Below, piece by piece: positions 7,870 through 16,636 of a stretch of DNA of 20,000 bases (its first letter is position 1; each line of letters begins with the position of its first letter). Source of the DNA: Candidatus Limnocylindrales bacterium (GTDB taxonomy: Bacteria; Moduliflexota; Moduliflexia; Moduliflexales; JAUQPW01); contig DATMBG010000004.1 of NCBI GenBank assembly GCA_035559535.1, positions 46,732 to 66,731 on the forward strand. The letters are read 5' to 3'. Under the pieces are notes generated by a model. It was not told the origin of the DNA, did no database searches, and saw only the letters and a list, made by a program, of their open reading frames with translations. Position numbers and translations under genes: made by a program.

Positions 7870-8682
7870 ATGAATTTACAAAATCCCCTTGCCGACCATT
7901 GGGCCCTTATTTTAGGCGCCTCTAGTGGATTTGGAGAAGCTACCAGTTTGGAACTCGCCAGGAACGGGATGCATATCTTTGGGGTTCACCTGGATAGAAA
8001 AGCGACGTTACCTAATGTGGAGCGGATTATCGGTCAAATTAAAGAAATGGGACGTGAGGCCGTATTCTTTAATGTAAATGCCGCAGATGCAGAGAAACGC
8101 AAAGAGGTCCTTGACCAAATTCAGGAGAAACTCAAGGAAAGTGGAGGATCTGCTACGATTAAAGTTCTCCTTCATTCCCTGGCGTTTGGAACCCTGAAAG
8201 CCTTTATTGCTCCTTCCCCTCAAGATACAGTAACCCAGGCCCAGATGGATATGACCCTGGATGTGATGGCCCATAGCTTGGTTTACTGGGTTCAGGATTT
8301 GATGGCCCGGAAACTTATGACCCAGGGTGGGCGGATTTTTGCCATGACCAGTGCAGGGGGGCATCGGGTTTGGCGCACCTACGGACCCGTTTCTGCCGCC
8401 AAGGCCGCCTTAGAATCTCACATCCGTCAATTGGCTCTGGAGCTGGCTCCTATGGGAATTACGGCTAATGCCATCCAGGCAGGGGTTACCGATACACCTG
8501 CCTTGCGAAAAATTCCAGGTAACGAAGAAATGATTAAAATCGCCCAGGAGCGAAATCCGGGGGGACGGTTGACAACCCCTGCTGATGTCGCAGCCGCGAT
8601 TGCAGTCCTCAGCCAGCCAGGTACCTACTGGATGACCGGAAATGTGATTCGGGTGGATGGGGGGGAGGATATTGTCGGCTAG
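7870..8682 (+). CDS. SDR oxidoreductase, enoyl-ACP reductase FabL/FabI-like
   Basis: GASSGFG Rossmann motif, Y-x6-K catalytic motif (YGPVSAAK), T.TPAL..IPG and WMTGNVIRVDGG. Start MNLQNP at 7870 is preferred over 7804. Confidence 0.85.
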   Translation: MNLQNPLADHWALILGASSGFGEATSLELARNGMHIFGVHLDRKATLPNVERIIGQIKEMGREAVFFNVNAADAEKRKEVLDQIQEKLKESGGSATIKVLLHSLAFGTLKAFIAPSPQDTVTQAQMDMTLDVMAHSLVYWVQDLMARKLMTQGGRIFAMTSAGGHRVWRTYGPVSAAKAALESHIRQLALELAPMGITANAIQAGVTDTPALRKIPGNEEMIKIAQERNPGGRLTTPADVAAAIAVLSQPGTYWMTGNVIRVDGGEDIVG

Positions 8683-8944
8683 CCTCTTCCCGGAGGGTGG
8701 ATCCCAGGCCATAAAGATTGGAAACCCGATCTCTATCCTCCTTACCGATACAGGAGTGAAAAGACGATTCCAGGGCACCCGGTTTGTAACTCCATCCGGG
8801 AGCTCAAGCATCTTGCCTGCTATATCCCATGAAGATAAATTTCCAGCCGTCTTCCACCCCCTCCCTTAATGGCATTGGCTTACGACCCCTGCTTTTCCTT
8901 ACATACCTTCCGGCTCCTTCAAGGCTTCAAGGAAGAACCTATAA

Positions 8945-9104
8945 CGAAACACTCTGCAAATCCCCCCCCTGGAGGGCCATGACCTTAGGTGAAGATCCCT
9001 TCCTGACCTTCCCCTGCCAGAACTAGGAAAAGGAATCTTGCAGCCAAAATCCTTTCCCCTGCGGAGAGGGACCGGGTGGGGGACGCCTCCAGCAGAGGCT
9101 TTCG
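8945..9104. repeat. Degenerate REP-like hairpin doublet inside short inverted ends
   Basis: CGAAACACTCTGC (8945-8957) pairs with GCAGAGGCTTTCG (9092-9104), 11/13. Interior has C/T-rich and G/A-rich hairpin arms (about 8997-9083). Lies between convergent genes. No clear TSD. Confidence 0.45.
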
Positions 9105-9190
9105 CCTTAATTTAATACCCTTGCCCTTGAGGAAGGCAGGGGAATGTTTCTTAAATTCACATTCCTGTTGTTCTTGTAAAGTTCAACGAT

Positions 9191-10834
9191 TTATTTAACA
9201 AAATTCAATCCGTGGGGAACCAGTTGTGGAAAAACGTAAGCATACATCATAACGATAAGTCCTACTATAGCTCCTAATACCACACTATGCCAGAGAACGA
9301 ATCGAAAGATTTTACCCTCATTTCCGACCTGATTGGTCGCAGCAGTGGATACTACAATACTTTGAGCATCGATCATCTTGCCCATAACCCCCCCGGCGCT
9401 GTTAGAAGCGGCCATCAAGATGGGATCCATGCCGAGTCGCTCGGCCGTAATCCTTTGAAGACTTCCAAAGAGCGCATTGGAGGCCGTATCGCTGCCGGTC
9501 AGAGCTACACCTAACCATCCCAGCATGGCACTGAAGAATGGAAATAGCCAACCGGTCCGGGTAAAAGCAAGACCCAGTACAGCATCCAGTCCGGAGTATC
9601 GTGTCACAAATCCCAGTCCCAACATCGAGGAAATGGCAATCAAGGGCATTTTCATACGCCTTGCCGTCTTTTTAAAGATCCTCCCCAGTTGGGCCGGAGA
9701 ACAGCCTAATACGAATCCGGATATAATGGCCGCGATAAAGCATCCGGTGCCGGTGGCAGATAGCCAGTTGAAATCATAGATCGCCTTTTCTTTAGTTAAC
9801 TTAGGGACTACCGGTGTGGTTCTGGCCACCGCTTCGTTAAGCCCTGGCCAGGGAAATACGTAGGTTACCTTATTGAGTTGCGCCTTGATGGAAGGAAGCC
9901 CCCAAATCAACACCATAATAGATAGAATGAAAAAGGGGAGCCAGGCCACCAGAACTTCTCCGGTAGTATATTTATGCGGAGATACTTCCATATGCCTTTC
10001 ATGTTCGAAGCGCCAGAGGGTTCTCGGTTGCCAAAACCGGAGAAAAATAATCATGGCAGCCAGGGAAACAATGGCCCCTATAATATCTACCAGGTTACTG
10101 TCCACATAGTTAGACCAGTAGAACTGGGTCGCTGCAAAGGAGACGCTGGTTACAAAAATAGCAGGGAAAACTTCAAAGGTCTCTTGCCAGGATACCATGG
10201 TCTTTACAAGCCAGAAAGGGACGATGAGTCCGGTGATAGGGAGAATTCGACCGACCATAGCGTTCAGGTCAGACTCTGGAAGTCCGGAGACGGCTGCCAA
10301 GGTATGAACCGGGGTTCCGATGGCTCCCCAGGCTACCGGAGCCGTGTTGGCGATGAGGCAGAGGGCCGCTGCATAAAAAGGCTCAAAACCAAGCCCCACC
10401 ATAAAAGCTGCCGAAATAGCTACCGGAGCTCCGAATCCGGCGGCCCCTTCAATAAAAGCCCCGAAGGAATAAGCCACCAACAGAGCCTGTAACCTCCGAT
10501 CTGCAGAAATACCTCCTACCGATTCCTTCATAATTTCAAACTTACCTGTTTCTACCGAAATATCGTAAAGATAAACCGCTGCAAAGACAATCCAGGCGAT
10601 TTTGACTAAACCGAAAGCAGCACCGTAAAAAAACGTAGAAATGGATAAGTGCCAGGGCATCCCAAAGGCTACGCTGGCCGCTAAAATAGCCGTAATGGCG
10701 CCACCAAAAGCAGCCAGAGCGGCTGAAGTCCTTATGACAGCCAGTAAAAAAAATAAAACGACGACCGGTAAAGCCGCGATAACGGTGGATAAAATCCAAT
10801 TATTAAAAGGATCGTAATTTTGTATCCAGGGCAT
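9191..10834 (-). CDS. lctP: L-lactate/glycolate permease (LctP family), 547 aa
   Basis: W.Q.YDP N-terminus, D.RLQALL...FGAFIEGAAGFGAPVA, ANTAPVA, GWLGVALTGSDTASNALFG.LQ and GGVMGKMI..QSI motifs. Confidence 0.95.
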   Translation of the reverse strand: MPWIQNYDPFNNWILSTVIAALPVVVLFFLLAVIRTSAALAAFGGAITAILAASVAFGMPWHLSISTFFYGAAFGLVKIAWIVFAAVYLYDISVETGKFEIMKESVGGISADRRLQALLVAYSFGAFIEGAAGFGAPVAISAAFMVGLGFEPFYAAALCLIANTAPVAWGAIGTPVHTLAAVSGLPESDLNAMVGRILPITGLIVPFWLVKTMVSWQETFEVFPAIFVTSVSFAATQFYWSNYVDSNLVDIIGAIVSLAAMIIFLRFWQPRTLWRFEHERHMEVSPHKYTTGEVLVAWLPFFILSIMVLIWGLPSIKAQLNKVTYVFPWPGLNEAVARTTPVVPKLTKEKAIYDFNWLSATGTGCFIAAIISGFVLGCSPAQLGRIFKKTARRMKMPLIAISSMLGLGFVTRYSGLDAVLGLAFTRTGWLFPFFSAMLGWLGVALTGSDTASNALFGSLQRITAERLGMDPILMAASNSAGGVMGKMIDAQSIVVSTAATNQVGNEGKIFRFVLWHSVVLGAIVGLIVMMYAYVFPQLVPHGLNFVK

Positions 10835-11008
10835 AGCAGGACCTCTTCGTGATCAATCCCCTGTTCCATAAGTTCATATCGGGTTCTTCTGGGCAAGGAC
10901 CAGAACCTCGTCTACTACAAAAAATCAGATACGAACTTTTGAAAGGGGTTGACGGTTAATTAAACCATTAAGAAACAAAGTGAAGGAAGACAAAGACCTT
11001 ATTCGAAG

Positions 11009-11443
11009 CTAAGGGATGTCTTCAGGAGAAGGAATTTTACGGATAATGCTACAAGTATTGGAACTTATGGAGGAAATAACCAATCGGGGAGGTAGAAAAG
11101 GCGGGATATTTAAGCTGATAGATAAGATAATCGTTGGAACAGATAACCCGACCAGGTTTGTGAAAGCCGTCAATTTCCTTTGTACGGAAGGTTGGCGAAT
11201 AGGATTTTTTTTCTCTTTCCATAACGACGGGAGTAATTCATGATCTTCTATGGAAGACATATAGTAAAACAAGCTTTGGGGGAAAAAGAGAATATCCTTC
11301 TCAAAGGATAATTTGAAATAAAAATAAGTAAGGGAATCTAACGAGTCCTCTATTCTTTCTATAAAAAGAAAGAAAAGGTTTCCCAGGGCAAGCAAGGATA
11401 CGATTAATGGAATGATAAGAAAGTTGACCCTTCTATCCCTCAT
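11009..11443 (-). CDS. Doubtful hypothetical protein, 144 aa, with hydrophobic N-terminus
   Basis: Open frame in AT-rich DNA with a signal- or TM-like N-terminus. No recognisable motif. Confidence 0.3.
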   Translation of the reverse strand: MRDRRVNFLIIPLIVSLLALGNLFFLFIERIEDSLDSLTYFYFKLSFEKDILFFPQSLFYYMSSIEDHELLPSLWKEKKNPIRQPSVQRKLTAFTNLVGLSVPTIILSISLNIPPFLPPRLVISSISSNTCSIIRKIPSPEDIP

Positions 11444-11562
11444 TTTAAATAATCAGGAACCGATTTTCCCCTCTTACATAAAAAACTGACCCCTACAGGT
11501 TTATCAACGAGTATAAAGTAAAGTCTACCCCTCCATGCAAGCAAGTGAGACAAAGAAATTTG

Positions 11563-11592
11563 TTGACAAAAATTCTATCGGCCAACTAAAGT
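11563..11592 (+). promoter_or_regulatory. Putative sigma70 promoter upstream of the transporter
   Basis: TTGACA-N18-TAAAGT about 290 bp before ATG 11880. Confidence 0.35.
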
Positions 11593-11879
11593 CAGTTTAG
11601 ACCCACAAGACCACAATAAATACTATATTTTGCCGTTTTTAACTCTTAATCTCTGAGGGATTACGAAGAACTATGAAAAGCAGGGGAGTATGGGAGAGTT
11701 TATGCCTGTACTTTCCTAATCTCCTGTTTTTATACTCTTTGCGGACAAACCAAATCCACAGCGAAGATTTAATGCAGATATCGATAACTAAAAAGAAGTC
11801 CTTAAAAGTAACGGGAACTTATAGAGCCAAAAATAAGGTTCGAGTTCTTTTGTTTATTTGAGAGGGCAAAACTTCTATT

Positions 11880-13358
11880 ATGGCTAAAGAAGATAAGGGA
11901 ATTACCGAACAAATCAGACCGGTTGAAGCCGGAGAATTACCCCCTTATGAAGTAGCCGAATTACCCGCTCCTCCGCCCTTCGGTTTGAAGGGTATTTTAG
12001 AGGTTATAGGACCGGGGGCTATTATCCTAGGAGCTTCCATTGGAAGTGGAGAGTGGCTGGTAGGTCCTGCTGCTACCGTAAAATACGGGGTAGAACTTAT
12101 CTGGATCACAACGGTCGCTTCTATCTTACAGGGGCTTTTCAATATGGAAGCTATACGGTATACCTTGTACACTGGAGAGCCTATTTACACCGGTTTCATG
12201 CGACTAAAACCGGGTAAATTTTGGGGGGTTTTTTACACCATCTTAGGCTTTTTCCAAATTGGGTGGCCGGGATGGGCTTTGTCTGCGGCAACAGCATTGG
12301 CAGCCATTGCCTTGGGTAGAGCTCCAGGGAAAGAAGATAGTGGAACGGTTCTATTTTGGGGCTATGTAACCTTTTTTATTGTTATTATTACTTTAGCCGT
12401 AGGAGGAAAAATAGAAAAGACCCTTGAAAAAGTCTCCTGGTTTTTTCTGTTCATGATTTTTGCCTTTTTGCTTGCGGTCAATCTCCTGGTTGCTGCCCCG
12501 CGTGCCCAGTTGGGAGAGACTTTTTTATCCCTATTCAAATTCGGGACGATTCCACCTGGTGCAGATTGGGTTTTATTGGGGGCCTTTGCAGCTTACTCTG
12601 CAGCAGGAGGTGTTATAAACTGTGCTATCACCAACTGGTTTCGGGATAAAGGTTTTGGAATGGGAGGTGTTGTCGGTTTTATCCCGGGGGCCGTAGGGGG
12701 AAGAAGGATTAATCTTTCTCCCTTTGGTAAAATCTTCAGAATCACTCCCGAAAATCTCCGCAAATGGAACGATTGGTGGAAATATGCCACTACCGATCAA
12801 TGGGTTATCTTCGTCGGAGGTTCCTTAATGGGAATGTTTTTAACCATCAATATGGCTACCGCCTTAATTCCTAGAGGTACGGAAATAGGAGGCTGGTCGG
12901 TCGCCAACTTCCAGGCTGTCGAACTGGCAAAGATCGGTGGAAAAATCCTTTGGATTCTGACGGCTTTGAACGGGTTCTGGATTCTCTTCAGTACCCAACT
13001 ATCGGTTTCCGATGGCTATATCCGCCAATCCACAGACGCTCTCTGGGTGAGTGATCGTGTTAGAAGATGGTGCCGGGGAGATGTTCGGATTTTGTACTAT
13101 GCCCTCCTCGCCCTTTTCACCCTTTGGGGATGTATCGCCATCAATTTGGCCCAACCTTTCATTTTAATTTTGATCGGAGCGAACACAGCCGGACTTGTAT
13201 TTGTTATTGCTTCGATCCATATCCTTCTGGTTAATAGAAAGCTCTTACCTAAAGAGCTCAGACCCCCCCTGTGGCGAGAAATAGGGGTTTTATTCTGTGC
13301 TCTTTTTTATGGCTTTTTCGTAACGATGTTGGCAGGTAGACAGGCCGGATTATGGTAA
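11880..13358 (+). CDS. Nramp-family-like (APC superfamily) secondary transporter, 492 aa
   Basis: About 11 TM segments. IGPGAIILGASIGSGEW..GP and E..RYTLYTGE motifs typical of divergent Nramp-like proteins. Lacks the DPGN motif of true MntH. Confidence 0.85.
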   Translation: MAKEDKGITEQIRPVEAGELPPYEVAELPAPPPFGLKGILEVIGPGAIILGASIGSGEWLVGPAATVKYGVELIWITTVASILQGLFNMEAIRYTLYTGEPIYTGFMRLKPGKFWGVFYTILGFFQIGWPGWALSAATALAAIALGRAPGKEDSGTVLFWGYVTFFIVIITLAVGGKIEKTLEKVSWFFLFMIFAFLLAVNLLVAAPRAQLGETFLSLFKFGTIPPGADWVLLGAFAAYSAAGGVINCAITNWFRDKGFGMGGVVGFIPGAVGGRRINLSPFGKIFRITPENLRKWNDWWKYATTDQWVIFVGGSLMGMFLTINMATALIPRGTEIGGWSVANFQAVELAKIGGKILWILTALNGFWILFSTQLSVSDGYIRQSTDALWVSDRVRRWCRGDVRILYYALLALFTLWGCIAINLAQPFILILIGANTAGLVFVIASIHILLVNRKLLPKELRPPLWREIGVLFCALFYGFFVTMLAGRQAGLW

Positions 13359-13751
13359 ATGAAGGGGGTAAAAGGTAACAGGCAAGAGCAGGTCCGGGCC
13401 ATTCTAGAATTTTCCAAAAAACCCGTATCGCTGGATATGCCGACGGTAGAAGACGAAAACGCCACGTTAATGAACCTCATCGCCAGCAAGGAAAGCCCGG
13501 CCCCGGACAAAGCCGTCGTTGATCAAACCCTTATTGAGGAACTCCAGGAACTTTTAGACGAACTGGACCCTCGAGGAGCCCTGATTTTGCGGTTACGTTT
13601 TGGCATCGATGGAGAAGGTCCCCTGATGTTAGAAGAGATCGGAAAGCGTTTAAACCTGAGTCGGGAGAGGGTTTGGCAGCTTGAAAAACGGGCCAAGGCC
13701 AGGCTGAGGAAACTGGCCAACGCCAGAAGTCTGGGGGATTATTTAAATTAA
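13359..13751 (+). pseudogene. Sigma70-family (RpoD/RpoS-type) fragment containing only regions 3.2 and 4
   Basis: PVSLDMP...TLMNLI, L..R...ILRLRFG and LEEIG..LNLSRERV.QLE.RA..RLR motifs. Regions 1.2 and 2 are missing and conserved positions are substituted. Confidence 0.75.
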
Positions 13752-13793
13752 TTTTTCTCTCTTACTCGTGCTATTCGCAAACGTATTAAGTAA

Positions 13794-13822
13794 TTGACAG
13801 GGCCAAAGTGTTATATTAAATT
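13794..13822 (+). promoter_or_regulatory. Putative sigma70 promoter for the coiled-coil gene
   Basis: TTGACA-N17-TAAATT. Confidence 0.55.
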
Positions 13823-13837
13823 TCATGTAATGAATAG

Positions 13838-13985
13838 CTATACTTTTGCAAAAATATCCTTCTGAGAATAGAAAATCCCGAATTTTCAACCTCCTCCGGC
13901 CCCTCCTTGCTAGGGAGGGGCGCTTTTAAGTCTCCCCTTGGTAAGGAGAGATTTAGAGGGGTGACAAAAAACGGCAAAAGTATAG
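13838..13985. mobile_element. MITE-2 (148 bp) with perfect 12-bp TIRs and 7-bp TSD
   Basis: CTATACTTTTGC (13838-13849) / GCAAAAGTATAG (13974-13985). TGAATAG at 13831-13837 and 13986-13992. Internal hairpins at 13900-13920 and 13931-13951. Confidence 0.85.
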
Positions 13986-14041
13986 TGAATAGTTTAATTC
14001 GATAAAGAGAAAGTTAGATCTGAATACAGGAGTGTTATTTA

Positions 14042-15109
14042 ATGGCTTTTACCATTCAAGAATATCTGGACTTAGTACGACTTCTGGGTGAACATCCAGA
14101 ATGGCGTTCGGAACTGCGACGTTTGCTCCTGTCCGATGACCTACTGGCCTTGCCGGAGATTGTTCGTGCATTAGCTGAAGCGCAGCAGCGGACTGAAGAA
14201 CAATTAAGAGCTTTAGCCGAGGCCCAGCGGCGGACTGACGAACGCCTGGAAGCTTTAACGGAAGCCCAAAGACGAACCGAAGTGCGCCTGGAAGCATTAG
14301 CCGAGGCGCAGCAGCGGACTGAAGAACAATTAAGAGCTTTAGCCGAGGCCCAGCGGCGGACTGAGGAGCGGTTGGAAGCTTTAGCGGCGGCTCAGCAGCG
14401 AAGTGAGGAGCGGCTGGAACGTCTGGAAGCGATCGTGCGGGAATTAGCCGAGGCCCAGCGACGGACTGAGGAGCGGCTGGAAGCATTAGCCGAGGCCCAG
14501 CGACGGACTGACGAACGCCTGGAAGCTTTAACGGAAGCCCAAAGACGAACCGAAGTGCGCCTGGAAGCATTAGCCGAGGCCCAGCGGCGGACTGAGGAGC
14601 GGCTGGAACGTCTGGAAGCGGTTGTACATGAACTGGTGGAGGTGCAACGACGAACGGTGGATACAGTGGGCGATCTTAAAGGCCGTATGCTGGAAATCAC
14701 CTATCGTGAAAAAGCCGGGGCTTACTTCGGTCTCCTGCTGAAACGCGTTCAGGTGGTTATGCCTCAAACCCTGGAAGAAGTACTGGAAGCCCATTTATCG
14801 CCTGAAGCATTCAAAGAATTACTGCTTCTGGACTTATTGATTAACGGTCAGCCTCGCTATCATCCCGATATACCGGAAGTGTGGCTGGCAGTGGAAATCT
14901 CTGCTGTCGTGGATCAGCAAGATGTAACCCGTGCCCGACAGCGAGCCTTGCTGCTACGTCAGGCCGGCTATCGCGTTATTCCTGTTGTTGCCGGAGAGCG
15001 AACCACCCTTGGGGCGGAAGATGAAGCGCGTTTTCATAAAGTGGCCATACTGCAGGATGGGCGTACCTACCTTTGGGAAGAAGCTTTACAGGCCTGGGCC
15101 GCTCAATAA
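14042..15109 (+). CDS. Coiled-coil repeat protein with C-terminal PD-(D/E)xK-like domain, 355 aa
   Basis: RBS AGGAG upstream. About ten 14/21-aa repeats (LAEAQRRTEERLEA). The C-terminus has DLLING...WLAVEIS...DV.RA.QRA.LL...GY.VIPVVAG, a restriction-endonuclease-like pattern. Confidence 0.85.
   Translation: MAFTIQEYLDLVRLLGEHPEWRSELRRLLLSDDLLALPEIVRALAEAQQRTEEQLRALAEAQRRTDERLEALTEAQRRTEVRLEALAEAQQRTEEQLRALAEAQRRTEERLEALAAAQQRSEERLERLEAIVRELAEAQRRTEERLEALAEAQRRTDERLEALTEAQRRTEVRLEALAEAQRRTEERLERLEAVVHELVEVQRRTVDTVGDLKGRMLEITYREKAGAYFGLLLKRVQVVMPQTLEEVLEAHLSPEAFKELLLLDLLINGQPRYHPDIPEVWLAVEISAVVDQQDVTRARQRALLLRQAGYRVIPVVAGERTTLGAEDEARFHKVAILQDGRTYLWEEALQAWAAQ
14167..14660 (+). repeat. 42-bp (with 63-bp variants) coding tandem repeat array
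   Basis: Repeated GCATTAGCCGAGGCCCAGCGGCGGACTGAGGAGCGGCTGGAA-type units. A ~90-bp near-identical block recurs at a 273-bp offset (14231 vs 14504). Confidence 0.92.
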
Positions 15110-15132
15110 TAGGGAAGACTGGCTGGTCGCCC

Positions 15133-16236
15133 TCATGTACCAACTACTTTCCTTAAAAACTTAATCACCCGCTCTTTGGTCCGATCCTCCTCCGGAATGG
15201 TCTCCCACAGATGCTCAAAATCGAGAAAGAACCGCAACACCGTATATTCATCCGACCAGAGGAAATAGCGAGGCCCCCACGGCAGGCACGGGTACTTTTC
15301 ACAGTTATCTAAAGGAGATCGCACCATAGCCCCGACCGTGCTCTTGATCTTCAACTCAAAATAAGGAAAGGTCTCTATCAGACCCACCTGATAATGTTCA
15401 TAACTCTCCAGCAAGGTGATCCAGTGCTCAATCTGCTTCTTCCGCTGCTCCCACTGGGTGCGGGACAGGTGCTTCTCCCTCAGGTAATTTTTCAAAACCG
15501 ATTTCGAATGAATGCTTCGTTCGCCATACGTCGCCAGGTTAAAGAGAAATCCCTCTAATCGTTGTTCGTTCATCGCCAGCCATCTCTGTCGCCCCTTTTT
15601 GCTGATAATTGGAAATCGGATAAGCTCCCCGCTGGCGTGCAGTTCCGGGGGGTGAACCAGATGCGAGGGGTGTTGGATGATCATAAAAGACTGGCCGGGT
15701 TCCTGCTCCATACGGAGAAGTTCGGCATAGGCCTCCAGCTCTTCGTGCTCACCGCCCGAAGGGATCACCTTAACCGGCTGTCTCTTTATCCTGTCTGATC
15801 TGGCATAATCGGTAAGTATCTTTTCCAGTTGCTGGAGCACCAGGTGGCGAAGTTCCGCAAACGTATAGTTCTTAGGGGTAGCTTCAGGCAGGTAACCCCG
15901 GATGTACCGCCGGATCTCTTCTTCGGTAAGGGGTTGGCCGTCGTAGAGCCACAGGATGGGATCTATGCACTCCTGTTGAAGTTCCAGTCCCCAGGTAAGG
16001 ACCTTGATAAGTTCTTCCCGGTTTGGGCATCGTTTGGGATCTTTGAACGATGTGGCCAGGTTCTCGAGGTTACTGATGGTCGGTTGACAAACATACGCTC
16101 TTTGAGCGAGCACCGTCTGTTTGATTCCCACCTCACCCGTTTCTGGAATACGACAGGTTTCCCGGGCCCATCTGACCAGCTTTTCGATGATCCGATACCG
16201 GTCTATCTTTGCCGGATACAGGCGAGGAAGTGACAT
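15133..16236 (-). CDS. XRE-family HTH regulator with DUF5753-like (Scr1/WhiJ-type) C-terminal domain
   Basis: HTH motif QTVLAQRAYVCQPTISNLEN. C-terminal pattern ME......QIEHW..LL...YQVGLI...D..TV.RF..DFE.LW...DR.KE.VI.FL. ATG 16236 is preferred over the track's start at 16275. Confidence 0.7.
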   Translation of the reverse strand: MSLPRLYPAKIDRYRIIEKLVRWARETCRIPETGEVGIKQTVLAQRAYVCQPTISNLENLATSFKDPKRCPNREELIKVLTWGLELQQECIDPILWLYDGQPLTEEEIRRYIRGYLPEATPKNYTFAELRHLVLQQLEKILTDYARSDRIKRQPVKVIPSGGEHEELEAYAELLRMEQEPGQSFMIIQHPSHLVHPPELHASGELIRFPIISKKGRQRWLAMNEQRLEGFLFNLATYGERSIHSKSVLKNYLREKHLSRTQWEQRKKQIEHWITLLESYEHYQVGLIETFPYFELKIKSTVGAMVRSPLDNCEKYPCLPWGPRYFLWSDEYTVLRFFLDFEHLWETIPEEDRTKERVIKFLRKVVGT

Positions 16237-16488
16237 GGCTTTCTTCAGATTAAGGCTTAAAAGATACCATTTCACTTTTTTTCATTTTTTTAAGCGTAAA
16301 CAGGTTTTACCCTGAGAGAGAAAATTCGTCAACAAAAAAATGAGTTAACCGTGCCCATCCTTACCGCTTGCGGATGGGTTACCGATAGGCCCGGGAACTA
16401 CTTCTGATTGACGCCCTTTGGACCCATCCTTTTAGGTGAAGATAAAAGCAATTATATTAGCTTATAATAATTTTGGAATTTATTTAAC

Positions 16489-16517
16489 TTGCGATAAAAA
16501 ACAAGTCGATTTAAGGT
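16489..16517 (+). promoter_or_regulatory. Putative sigma70 promoter for the beta-barrel gene
   Basis: TTGCGA-N17-TAAGGT preceded by an AT-rich tract, about 120 bp before ATG 16637. Confidence 0.35.
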
Positions 16518-16636
16518 AATTGTGAATTTATAATCTGTTCGGTCTCAGGATGGCCTAAGGTAAGGTAAAAATCAGGCTACTAACTATTGAGAGCCTTGAC
16601 TCAGTAGGATAGTAAATAGGTGAGAGGGTTTTACCC

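Noticed and set aside
8657-9026. Short ORFs 8657..8869 and 8829..9026
   Set aside because: No convincing RBS or motifs; they lie in repeat-rich DNA between convergent genes.
9287-10799. Alternative ORFs within lctP (and similar short ORFs overlapping the CoA-transferase genes, tpiA, secG, the transporter, the regulator and the TolB-like genes)
   Set aside because: They overlap well-supported genes and show no recognisable motifs.
11677-11730. yybP-ykoY (Mn2+) riboswitch upstream of the Nramp-like gene, suggested by CAGGGGAGTA and a long hairpin
   Set aside because: The downstream GAGACC-type strand and four-way junction are not evident. A cmsearch with RF00080 would settle it.
13359-13373. 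Shared MKGVK start of the sigma fragment and the beta-barrel protein (16637)
   Set aside because: Codons differ at wobble positions and flanks are unrelated; probably coincidence.
14049-14794. Antisense ORFs 14049..14570, 14392..14700 and 14570..14794
   Set aside because: Shadow frames of the GC-rich coding repeat.
16340-16625. Riboswitch or ncRNA in the regulator/beta-barrel intergenic region (hairpins CCCATCC..GGATGGG and CTACT..AGTAG)
   Set aside because: Only short stems, with no match to riboswitch consensus motifs I can recognise. An Rfam scan is needed.
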